Assembly: GCA_050298055.1 (NCBI GenBank)
Contig: JBNKTL010000003.1
Span: 32,001 to 96,000, forward strand
DNA from: Spirochaetota bacterium
GTDB lineage: Bacteria; Spirochaetota; UBA4802; UBA5550
DNA length: 64,000 bases
Direction of reading: 5' to 3'
Below are positions 33,958 to 42,651 of this stretch, in pieces (positions within the stretch are counted from its first letter, which is position 1; every line of letters starts with the position of its first letter). The notes beneath the pieces are model-generated. The model had not been told where the DNA came from and searched no databases. It saw only the letters and a list, made by a program, of their open reading frames with translations. A program made the translations under genes and the position numbers.

Positions 33958-34962
33958 CTACTCTTTTTCCCTGATAAAAGATTCTATATTCTCATCAGCA
34001 AGCATTCTTTTGAACCGGCCTGCTTCCGACCTGTTTTCTATCCCTTTGACCCTGACCTTATACAGATCTCCGTCATTGACAATAACCACGCTGTTTCGCG
34101 TAAGGGCCTCAATTCTGCTTTTCAATTTTTCCGCGTTTCTTCTGGAATAGAATGCCCCGGCCTGTACCGAGTAGCTGCCGCCGCTCCTGCCATAATCATT
34201 CCTGTCGCTGTGTTCGTTTCTGACAACAGGTTCGACAAAACCGTTCCTTCTGCCGCTGTAATTCTCTTCGCCTGTATCCCGGGTATAATTCCGGTCATTG
34301 CGAAGGATCTTTATTCCCACCATGGCCTTACCCGGGGACACCATCCCCAGTTTCTTCGCAGCACCATACGAGAGGTCCATAATCCTCTTCCCTCTGTAAG
34401 GGCCCCTGTCATTCACCCTGACCCTGGCTGTTTTGCCGTTATCAAAGTTTGTAACTTCAAGCATGGTGCCAAAGGGGAGCTTCTTGTGAGCAGCGGTAAA
34501 ATCTTCCATGTTAAATTTTTCTCCCGATGCCGTGGCTCTGCCATGAAACTCCCTGCCATACCATGACGCCATGCCTGTCTGGTAGTATTCCTTCTGCCTG
34601 TATGAGCTGTCTTCGGAACCGGAATACCTGTCATCTCTCCCGGATGACCGTTCATCAGTTCCCGATGATCTCACATTGAAAACATTATCATCATTCCCGC
34701 TCTCATTGCTCCTCTGCTCAAAATCTCTCCTCGCGGACCTGCCCTTATCAAAATCAATGTCATCACCGGAACCGTTATTACCAAAATCACTGCTCTCTTC
34801 TCCAAAAGAGTTCGACTCATACGACCTGTCGGCGGTTTTATTCCCGTGATAAGACCCTCTGTTGCTCCTGACCTGCGATTTACCGGGAGTACACCCGGCA
34901 AGGAGTCCAGAAATCATCAGAGAACATGAAATAACTGTTATAATTCCTTTTCGTGTCCTCAT
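33958..34962 (-). CDS. rlpA: Septal ring lytic transglycosylase RlpA-family lipoprotein with SPOR domain
   Basis: Lipobox LLAGC; ASWYG..FHGR.TASGE, TAAHKKLPFGT, VNDRGPY; C-terminal VQAGAF SPOR domain. Confidence 0.93.
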   Translation of the reverse strand: MRTRKGIITVISCSLMISGLLAGCTPGKSQVRSNRGSYHGNKTADRSYESNSFGEESSDFGNNGSGDDIDFDKGRSARRDFEQRSNESGNDDNVFNVRSSGTDERSSGRDDRYSGSEDSSYRQKEYYQTGMASWYGREFHGRATASGEKFNMEDFTAAHKKLPFGTMLEVTNFDNGKTARVRVNDRGPYRGKRIMDLSYGAAKKLGMVSPGKAMVGIKILRNDRNYTRDTGEENYSGRRNGFVEPVVRNEHSDRNDYGRSGGSYSVQAGAFYSRRNAEKLKSRIEALTRNSVVIVNDGDLYKVRVKGIENRSEAGRFKRMLADENIESFIREKE

Positions 34963-35031
34963 TTATCAGTGCCTCCAATATACATTACTGTTTTTAATAT
35001 CGGAACATAATCTGGAGGGCTTTATAACAAT

Positions 35032-36393
35032 TTAACCTGTTTCGGATCGTTTTCCGGTAATTTTTCTCAGCAGGATAAATCCAATAGTCCCCGCCAAAAG
35101 GGATGCTGTCAGGATACCGATCTTACCGTTTATCAGAAGCTCCTCCTGACCGGGAAACGCCAGGTTCGCAACAAAAAGCGACATGGTAAAGCCGATACCA
35201 CCGAGCCAGGCCGTTCCGTAGAGCTCTTTCCAGCTGACCTGCGGAGGTAATGACGCTATCCCGAGCTTCACAGAGAGCCATGAAAAGAAGGTGATCCCGA
35301 TCTGTTTCCCCAAAACAAGACCAAGAATAATCCCGACACTTACCGGTTTCAAAAGCAGGCCGAACAGGTCGCCCTCCAGGGTAATCCCGGCATTGGCAAG
35401 GGCGAAAACCGGCATAATAAAAAATGTCGTTACAGGGTGGAGCTGGTGTTCAAGGCGATGCATGGGCGAAAGCATGTTCTCGAGGTTCTCCTTGATCTGA
35501 TCAAGAGCATTGAGCTGATCATGATTGGTCAGGGCAGTGGTCCCCTCCTTTTCACCTGTTGATGACTCCCTGAAATTCTCAAGAGAACACATACTTCTTT
35601 TATAGAAAGACGCTGGATCACAGGTAATAAAAGTGGGAATAATAAAAGCCGAAATGACCCCTGAAATTGTGGCGTGAACACCCGATTTCAGAAAAGCCAG
35701 CCAGAGAAAAAAGCCCAGGATCGCATAAGGAATCGGCTGCCGAATACCGATCAGGTTCATCCCTATCATGACGATATAGACCGCAGCGGCAGCGCCGAGC
35801 ATAAGCCAGCTGATATTACTGGTATAGAAGAGTGCTATCACAAGAACCGCTCCCAGGTCATCCACAATAGCAAGGGCAACCAGGAAAACCTTCAGTCCCA
35901 GGGGAACCCTCTTCCCCATCAATGTAATGACCCCCAGGGCAAAGGCGATATCCGTGGCCATGGGGATCCCCCATCCCGATTTCCCCTCCATACCGTAATT
36001 GAAGAAGATATAGATAATGGCCGGAAATATCATCCCCCCGATAGCGCCGGCGATAGGAAGCGCCGCCTGCCTGGGGTTCGCCAGTTCTCCCACCATGAGT
36101 TCACGCTTGATCTCAAGGCCCACAACAAAAAAGAAAACCGTCATCAGACCGTCATTGATCCAGTGGTGAAGTGATTCTGTGAGGTGATAAGTGCCGGCAC
36201 CTATGGTAACCGGTACTTCCCAGAAGTGATGATAAGCCTCCGCAAGAGGAGAATTTGCCAGGATCATGGCAATGATCGTACAGACAAGAAGAAGAATTCC
36301 ACCCGAAGCCTCTACGCGGGCAAAAGTCTTAAACGGTCTCATGAGACGATCAATGAGATAGTCCTGTTCACGATAAATTTTATTAAGTCCCAT
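35032..36393 (-). CDS. nhaA: Na+/H+ antiporter NhaA
   Basis: WINDGLM, GLEIKRE, IPMATDIAFA, LAIVDD, GIGFTMSLF; start at the ATG after a GGAG SD. Confidence 0.96.
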   Translation of the reverse strand: MGLNKIYREQDYLIDRLMRPFKTFARVEASGGILLLVCTIIAMILANSPLAEAYHHFWEVPVTIGAGTYHLTESLHHWINDGLMTVFFFVVGLEIKRELMVGELANPRQAALPIAGAIGGMIFPAIIYIFFNYGMEGKSGWGIPMATDIAFALGVITLMGKRVPLGLKVFLVALAIVDDLGAVLVIALFYTSNISWLMLGAAAAVYIVMIGMNLIGIRQPIPYAILGFFLWLAFLKSGVHATISGVISAFIIPTFITCDPASFYKRSMCSLENFRESSTGEKEGTTALTNHDQLNALDQIKENLENMLSPMHRLEHQLHPVTTFFIMPVFALANAGITLEGDLFGLLLKPVSVGIILGLVLGKQIGITFFSWLSVKLGIASLPPQVSWKELYGTAWLGGIGFTMSLFVANLAFPGQEELLINGKIGILTASLLAGTIGFILLRKITGKRSETG

Positions 36394-36429
36394 TTTAAAC
36401 TCCAATTATTTTTATATGTTTTATTTCCC

Positions 36430-36569
36430 GCAACCACTCAGCTATCTGGTTAAATTAAACATATCAATATAAGAATGAATATTATCTCACAGACGCATTG
36501 GACAGCGAGAAGATATCAGTTATGCTTTTTTATGACTATGAATATTCTTATGAACAGCTGAGCAGTCAC
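36430..36569 (-). mobile_element. 140-bp palindromic MITE-like element (reverse orientation, diverged core)
   Basis: Ends GCAACCACTCAGCT and AGCTGAGCAGTCAC; same length as, and alignable to, the reverse complement of the 44734 copy. Confidence 0.7.
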
Positions 36570-36726
36570 AATTTTCTATATATTTATTTAAAATTGCTCA
36601 ATGAATAACGGAAGTTATTATATGTCAAGGATATTTATTAGATTATATAATATAATTTTTTTATTTAAGAAGATTTAAATATTTCCCTGATAATATGGCA
36701 GTGACTAAATCAGGCGGTAAAGCCTC

Positions 36727-37128
36727 TCAGCTTTTCATTAATGACAGGACAAACCGCTCTCTTTTTTCAACAATCTCATCATCACCGTTTTTCTCTTCAA
36801 ACCGGCAACCGCAGATAATACTTCCGCAGAAAGTATCCATCCGGGCTATTATTATCTTTTCCGGAACAAGAATGCCCCGGTAAGGGATGGCAATTCTGTA
36901 AGACCCGTCTTTTTTGACATTCTTTTTTACAATCTCCCCATCCCTGTTCAGGAATTCAAGAAGAACTCCGCTCAAAGAGATATTTTTAATGGTTACGGAA
37001 AGCTTTTCACCATCCAGGTCAAAACTTGAATGTTTCAGATATTCATACCGCGGACAGCGGTCGATGATCTCTGATTTACCGTTACCAAAGAGTTTTAAAT
37101 GCAGAGACATGATGCCTATCCCTCTCAC
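36727..37128 (-). CDS. Small PilZ-domain protein (possibly a fragment)
   Basis: DRCPRY (partial RxxxR) followed by NISLSG (D/NxSxxG) and C-terminal GCRF. Confidence 0.55.
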   Translation of the reverse strand: MRGIGIMSLHLKLFGNGKSEIIDRCPRYEYLKHSSFDLDGEKLSVTIKNISLSGVLLEFLNRDGEIVKKNVKKDGSYRIAIPYRGILVPEKIIIARMDTFCGSIICGCRFEEKNGDDEIVEKRERFVLSLMKS

Positions 37129-37236
37129 AGCCGCATCGGTTGACTTTCACACACAGGGACAATGATAGAGGAAACAGGATATTTATGCAATCACTTTTGT
37201 TGTAGTTCTGGATTAAGAGAAGAATAAGGAAGAGTA

Positions 37237-37599
37237 TTAAAAATATCCAAAGAATTTCCTGAATTTTCCCGGTAATAACCTGCTTTTTTTTGCTCCTTCT
37301 TGTATATCATGGAGAAGAATATCGGATATTTCTTCTTTTGGGATAATGAGTCCCTTCATTTCCTGGTAATTTATTTTCCAGTAATTGTATTCTTCCGATT
37401 TATAATAGTTTATATAGGATTTATGTTTAATAAATTCATGATCGCCTTTGTTTAATATACAAGACGTATCATTTCGCTTGTTCTCATCAAATGTATTAAC
37501 GCTTACAACGAGAACATTATCATCCGGATCCGGATCAGATATGACAATTCTGAGGTGCTTTTTACCCGGATCGTCTTTGAGGAAGGTTTTCTTTTTCAC
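37237..37599 (-). CDS. Putative toxin (PemK/MazF-like fold) paired with the Panacea antitoxin
   Basis: HLRIVISDP...LVVSVNT...CILNKGDHEFIKHKSYI pattern; GTG start overlaps the antitoxin stop (TAGTG). Confidence 0.6.
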   Translation of the reverse strand: MKKKTFLKDDPGKKHLRIVISDPDPDDNVLVVSVNTFDENKRNDTSCILNKGDHEFIKHKSYINYYKSEEYNYWKINYQEMKGLIIPKEEISDILLHDIQEGAKKSRLLPGKFRKFFGYF

Positions 37600-38180
37600 T
37601 ACTTACAGCGCTTGGAGAAAAATTCTTCTTCATCCCGGTAAACTTCGATATCTTCCTGGATTTCTTTGATTTCTTCTTTTGATCTCCCCAGCGATTCCAG
37701 TATTTTTTCAACCCTGAGAGGTTTGCTTGATCCTGCCGTAAGATCCCATTCAACTTCGGGAAATTTCTTTTTGTCATGAAGATATTCTATCATCTGATGA
37801 AATGAATAATCTCTGAATTTCTTTAAATTATTATCAATAATTTCAATTTCCTCTTCGCAAAGTTCATCGGCTGGCAAATTATTTTGAGTTACAAGTTCAA
37901 GGTCATATCCCTTTTTATAAAAAAACCTGTCCCATACAGACTGTTCCCCAGCGGGTCCTTTTCCTCTCACCAGGTCATAGATCGTACTTAAAACAGGCCC
38001 GTTATCCATTGAGCAGTATGAATCCCCTGTAATTGTATAATCGGTTTTGCTGAGAAAATCTTTGTCGGAAATATAGAGAAGCTTAATCAGTTTTGTGTAA
38101 TTTATTGATCCATTGCTTTTTTTGAGGATATAATTAATGACCTGGACAACTTTGTTTATGTTGAAATTGTAATCAATCAT
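37599..38180 (-). CDS. Panacea/SocA (DUF4065) antitoxin-domain protein
   Basis: KLIKLLYISD...ITGDSY..MDNGPV signature and PE.EW motif. Confidence 0.85.
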   Translation of the reverse strand: MIDYNFNINKVVQVINYILKKSNGSINYTKLIKLLYISDKDFLSKTDYTITGDSYCSMDNGPVLSTIYDLVRGKGPAGEQSVWDRFFYKKGYDLELVTQNNLPADELCEEEIEIIDNNLKKFRDYSFHQMIEYLHDKKKFPEVEWDLTAGSSKPLRVEKILESLGRSKEEIKEIQEDIEVYRDEEEFFSKRCK

Positions 38181-38253
38181 GGTTCCCCCCATCATGTCTC
38201 ACACTTATAATTTATATAATCGGTTTGGTGAGTCAAGAAATATAATGGATTGT

Positions 38254-39333
38254 TTAATTACAAATTAAACCAATTAATAATACAAAACAAATTACAATAA
38301 ATATCTTCAATCCTCTTACACCAGGAATATCTACAATTTTTTGCTTTACATGTTTTAATTCACGATTCCATTCTTTCTCAAAATCATCAGGAACATCAAA
38401 TGTTATATTTTTTTTAATAATTAATGGATTTTCAGTTGTACCACCGTGGTTTGTACCAATTAAAGAAAGTAACTCATCAAGACTATCTGGAATAGTCGCA
38501 AGTTTTTCAGCTTGAGAACCTATTATATTTTTTAACAAACTAATTAGCCCATTATATTCATCTGGTACATTAGCAAAATATACCTGTTCTTCATATAAAA
38601 CAATTTGTTCTAAATGATCTCTGATTAATGAAGTAATGTGAAAAATTTCATCAATATCACCAGCTTCACCAGGTTCTCCCCAACATTTATTAAGTCTCTC
38701 AATAAGTACAACAAACGGTTGTGTTAAATTTGATGCTTCTGTTAATCGTTTTTGGATCCATTTAAGAACATCCTCACTTTCCAGATGATGTTGATAATTA
38801 AGATATAAGCCATTTCGAAGATCTTCTAATTTTCTAAAAAAAGGGTTATTCATATAACGCATCAATTCCGCTGTAAGTCGCCATTCCCAACCATCAGGTT
38901 TATCAATAACTATACGTCGTATTAAAGGAGGAAATTCATTAAATAATTGAGCTTGCGATGATAGATTTTCATATTGGATACGATCCGTTGCACTTCCTAA
39001 ATCAGCTAAAGTAAACTCCTCATGTTGTTCTCTCCATGAGAACAATATATCACTTGTATATTTTTCTTCATCGGTATCAATTAGTTTGTGACAATTTCTG
39101 CACAGCCATATTGCATTAGTTATTTCTGCTCTTGCATTATCTGTCATTTTTAAATTATATCTTTTTGAATCAGGACGGGCTCCATAAATATGAGCAGCTT
39201 CACCGATTATTGTTGATTTTCCCTCATCTGAATTTGGACCTACAGTTGAAACTCTACAATCTGGATTTGAGCATTTATAAGCAGCTCTTTTAGCAAGAGT
39301 ATCAATTGTTTTTTTATTAAAATCTGGATTCAT
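38254..39333 (-). CDS. HNH endonuclease with uncharacterised middle domain and C-terminal TM helix
   Basis: CSNPDC...GEAAHI...NAIWLCRNCHKLID; C-terminus IFIVICFVLLIGLIC; strongly AT-rich. Confidence 0.8.
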   Translation of the reverse strand: MNPDFNKKTIDTLAKRAAYKCSNPDCRVSTVGPNSDEGKSTIIGEAAHIYGARPDSKRYNLKMTDNARAEITNAIWLCRNCHKLIDTDEEKYTSDILFSWREQHEEFTLADLGSATDRIQYENLSSQAQLFNEFPPLIRRIVIDKPDGWEWRLTAELMRYMNNPFFRKLEDLRNGLYLNYQHHLESEDVLKWIQKRLTEASNLTQPFVVLIERLNKCWGEPGEAGDIDEIFHITSLIRDHLEQIVLYEEQVYFANVPDEYNGLISLLKNIIGSQAEKLATIPDSLDELLSLIGTNHGGTTENPLIIKKNITFDVPDDFEKEWNRELKHVKQKIVDIPGVRGLKIFIVICFVLLIGLICN

Positions 39334-39453
39334 TATTAAATTATTTTATTGTATTCACATATATACATATTATAACCACATCACCGCATAATAAAACCAC
39401 CCACCTCATCACCTGTCAATGAAAATTCCCTTATAATACTATCACATAAAGAA

Positions 39454-39832
39454 GCGAGACCAGGAGGGTCGAGCGCAGAAGTAGGTGCAGCATGTTATTT
39501 TAGAACACAGCAAGAAAGGTCAACTCGACAGGAAGTCGAGTTGTATGGGCTGCAGCCGAGGACTGTCAGGATGACGCTCCGCAGGCTGCACAAAAAGTGT
39601 TTTTTCATAATGAACATCCAAGCCCCTCCCGGCGTCTGAGGGAGCGCGCGGGGGTCGCAAGGGGGTGTCCGCGCTGACACCCCTTTGCATTCTTCCAAGT
39701 CCGGGTCCCGGACAAATCCTTTCGCGGGTGATATCCCGCGAAAACACATTTAACCACAAACAGATCCCCCCTTTCATGGGAATGACAGATCGAGCGAATG
39801 CTCGCAAAAATCCCTGTCCCGGATTTGGGACA
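39454..39832 (+). repeat. Non-coding cluster of GC-rich hairpins, three with AGGAN loops
   Basis: GACC-AGGAG-GGTC, CAACTCGAC-AGGAA-GTCGAGTTG, TGCAGCC..GTC-AGGAT-GAC..GGCTGCA, then further stems near 39657, 39699, 39719 and 39815. Confidence 0.7.
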
Positions 39833-39836
39833 ATTC

Positions 39837-40721
39837 TCAAAGCCCCTCATACCACCGCGCAATCTCCTCGCCGATACGGTGAGGGTGGTCTTCCTGCAGG
39901 TAGTGGAGTCCCTCTCCCAGGTCAACGGACTTTATATTCGGGATGTTGTTCTCCAGCCATTTTGCCAGGGGGAGGGGTATGATTGCGCCGGGTATGGCAT
40001 AAAAGAAAAGCTTCGGAACATCCGAAACCATGAGTTTCTCAAGATACCCCGATACGGCGTTATGGACATCCGCGGGTTTTCCTTCAACGGGAATCTCCCG
40101 GGGCCATTGCCGTACGGGCCTGCGGCTCTTTATATCAGGGAACGGCTCCCTGTAATTATTCATTTCTTCATCCGACAACTTCCTGATTACGGATGAAGGT
40201 AATATTGTCTCAAGGAAGATATTCATTACACTGATAAAAAACCAGCCGATCACCGGCATCCGCATCATCTTAAAGGGCAGCCTGTATCCCCCGGGAAAGT
40301 CCTTCCATCTTAAGGGTTTGATAATTGCTTCCATAAAGACAATGCCCTTAATATTATCTTCATTCATCATTGCATAATGAAACCCCAGGGCCGATCCCCA
40401 ATCATGGAGAACAAGGGTGATGTTTTTCAGTTCCAGGGTTTTTATGAAACCCTCTATATACCGGTAGTGATCAAAAAACCTGTAGGAGATATCCGGTTTG
40501 TCCGACTTCCCCATACCGATAAGATCGGGAACAATACACCGGGCAGCCGGTATAAGGTGAGGGATAATATTCCTCCAGAGATAAGATGACGTCGGATTCC
40601 CGTGCAAAAAGAGAACGGGATCACCCCCCCCTTCGTCTATATAGTACAATTTTGAACCGAGAACTTCAACATACCTGGATTCGAAGGGAAAGTCCGGGGA
40701 GATTGTATCAGCATCAGTCAT
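39837..40721 (-). CDS. Haloalkane dehalogenase (DhaA/LinB-like, HLD-II type)
   Basis: FLHGNPTSSYLWRN, PDLIGMGKS.KP, LHDWGS (Asp nucleophile), FMEA (Glu), GLHYLQED (His). Confidence 0.93.
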   Translation of the reverse strand: MTDADTISPDFPFESRYVEVLGSKLYYIDEGGGDPVLFLHGNPTSSYLWRNIIPHLIPAARCIVPDLIGMGKSDKPDISYRFFDHYRYIEGFIKTLELKNITLVLHDWGSALGFHYAMMNEDNIKGIVFMEAIIKPLRWKDFPGGYRLPFKMMRMPVIGWFFISVMNIFLETILPSSVIRKLSDEEMNNYREPFPDIKSRRPVRQWPREIPVEGKPADVHNAVSGYLEKLMVSDVPKLFFYAIPGAIIPLPLAKWLENNIPNIKSVDLGEGLHYLQEDHPHRIGEEIARWYEGL

Positions 40722-40985
40722 TTGATTACCTCACGGATTACAGTGTATTCATTTCTTACTGTCATAGATTCATCTTTTTGTCAATATTTATTGATGTTTT
40801 CAAACCCATTAGTCTTTATCCCCTTATCCCCCTTTTTACACATTTTTACAACTTTATTTCAAAATGTGTATCAAGAGACTCTGCCAGCTCTACGTGAAAA
40901 TATTCTTTCTTTTTTTTAAACCGGCTTTTAACATATTGAAAAACCTGCTTGACCATATGGACATGATTAAAATATTCATCTACAT

Positions 40986-42020
40986 ATGAAAATTGTCCTG
41001 AACAAACCGACCATTACACGGAATGACCTTGAGGGTGTCCTTGATTCCCTGATCAATGATCAGCTGAGTCCCGGTGCTTCCGTCAAACAGTTTGAATCCA
41101 CCGTATCAGGAATTGTAGGTCTCAAGTACTCGCTCTCTGTTAATTCCTCTGTCTCGGCATATCACCTTGCTTACGGCGCTCTGCAGGTTGACAGCAACAG
41201 TGAAGTTATCATCCCCTCATACTTTAACCAGGCACCTCTCAGCGCCCTTACCCTCTGCGGAGGCAAACCGGTACTTGTGGACTGCGGTGAAGATTCCCTG
41301 TTTCCCGATCCGGAAGCAATAGCTGAAAAAGTCACAGAAAACACCCGGTGTATTGTAACAGGCCATACCTTCGGTTATCACTTCGACACCGAACCGCTGG
41401 AAAAGCTCAATATTCCTCTCATTGAAGACATATCACACGCAATCGGAACAGAGTTCAGTGAAGACCCTGTTGGGAGCAGAGCTTCCTTCAGTATCCTCTC
41501 TTTTTCACCATCCATGATCATTACAACCGGGAACGGGGGGATGGTTCTTACAAACAATTCAAAACACTACTCAACCATGAAGGATTTCAGGGGACTCAAT
41601 GACCACACTATAAATATGGACTATGTAATGACCGATTTCCAGGGGGCAATGGGCCTTTCTCAGCTCACAAAACTCACAAAGCTCCTCGGAAGGAGGAGGG
41701 AAATCGCATCAATTTACTATAACTCCATGAGACACAGTACACACAGGACACCCTATCCCTATAATGAAAATTTTGCATACCAGTCTTTTCCCATCATGTT
41801 CGATTCATTGACCGAAAAGATTGAAAGTTACTGGAAGAAAAGCGGTATTGAAATTGTCCGTCCGGTAAACTACCCGCTTCACAGGCTTCTTGAGCGGGAC
41901 AGGAAAGAATTTCCCCACGCAGAGAGAATGACCAGGAAACTCTATGCCCTCCCTCTTTATCCCACGCTGACCAAAAAAGAGATCGAGAAGATAAGCAAAA
42001 CTCTGGCTTCGTTTATTTAA
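40986..42020 (+). CDS. DegT/DnrJ/EryC1/StrS-family protein lacking the PLP-binding Lys
   Basis: IEDISHAIG, SFSPSMIITTGNGG, LPLYPTL. Confidence 0.85.
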   Translation: MKIVLNKPTITRNDLEGVLDSLINDQLSPGASVKQFESTVSGIVGLKYSLSVNSSVSAYHLAYGALQVDSNSEVIIPSYFNQAPLSALTLCGGKPVLVDCGEDSLFPDPEAIAEKVTENTRCIVTGHTFGYHFDTEPLEKLNIPLIEDISHAIGTEFSEDPVGSRASFSILSFSPSMIITTGNGGMVLTNNSKHYSTMKDFRGLNDHTINMDYVMTDFQGAMGLSQLTKLTKLLGRRREIASIYYNSMRHSTHRTPYPYNENFAYQSFPIMFDSLTEKIESYWKKSGIEIVRPVNYPLHRLLERDRKEFPHAERMTRKLYALPLYPTLTKKEIEKISKTLASFI

Positions 42021-42379
42021 GCTGTGCGGGTAGACAGAATCTCTTTTATTTTATCCTTCAGCTCGTCGAGATTCAGTGATTTGGTAATGTACGCGTCAGC
42101 AGTCCAGGTCATGAAGTTGCTTTTATAATTGGAATACGCCGTATAGATGATGATGGGGATTTTCTTATCTCTTGAGAGTATCTTTCCAAGGGCCTCGATT
42201 CCGTCCATCTCCGGCATCCTGATATCCATTATCACAAGGTCATATTTATTGGCTTTTACAAGGTCAACTGCTTCTTTACCGTTAGCGGCCTGTTCCACAT
42301 CGTATCCCTCTTCCTGGAGTTCCATCGCATAGAGATCTCGCTGATGTTTTTCATCCTCTACGATAAGTATTCTGCTCAT
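42017..42379 (-). CDS. Single-domain response regulator (receiver)
   Basis: ILIVEDE, DIRMPEMDG, YTAY, YITK. Confidence 0.95.
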   Translation of the reverse strand: MSRILIVEDEKHQRDLYAMELQEEGYDVEQAANGKEAVDLVKANKYDLVIMDIRMPEMDGIEALGKILSRDKKIPIIIYTAYSNYKSNFMTWTADAYITKSLNLDELKDKIKEILSTRTA

Positions 42380-42651
42380 TTCATCCTCCGGGTTAAGGTA
42401 AAAATGTCCTTCTTCTCAATAGTTTTGTTAACAGTCAGTCCCTGGCATCAACTATTTCAAGTCATTAATTTTGCATCTGCCTGATTTTACGGGACCCCCT
42501 CCTGTAATAAATCGACTATTCAAATGCATGCAACTGCGTTGAGAAGTCAGTAATTGATATCTGAATTTAAACATGGATCCGGATAAATTTCAACGATTTT
42601 TTTTAAATGTGACTCCAAAATTAAATAAAAGCGGAGCAAAATTCCTGTTGG

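Noticed and set aside
39495..39925. Short ORFs in the hairpin cluster
   Set aside because: No SD or homology cues; the region is better explained as structured non-coding DNA.
42452..42574. 40-codon minus-strand ORF or riboswitch between the kinase and the receiver gene
   Set aside because: No convincing SD, protein motif or recognisable riboswitch consensus.
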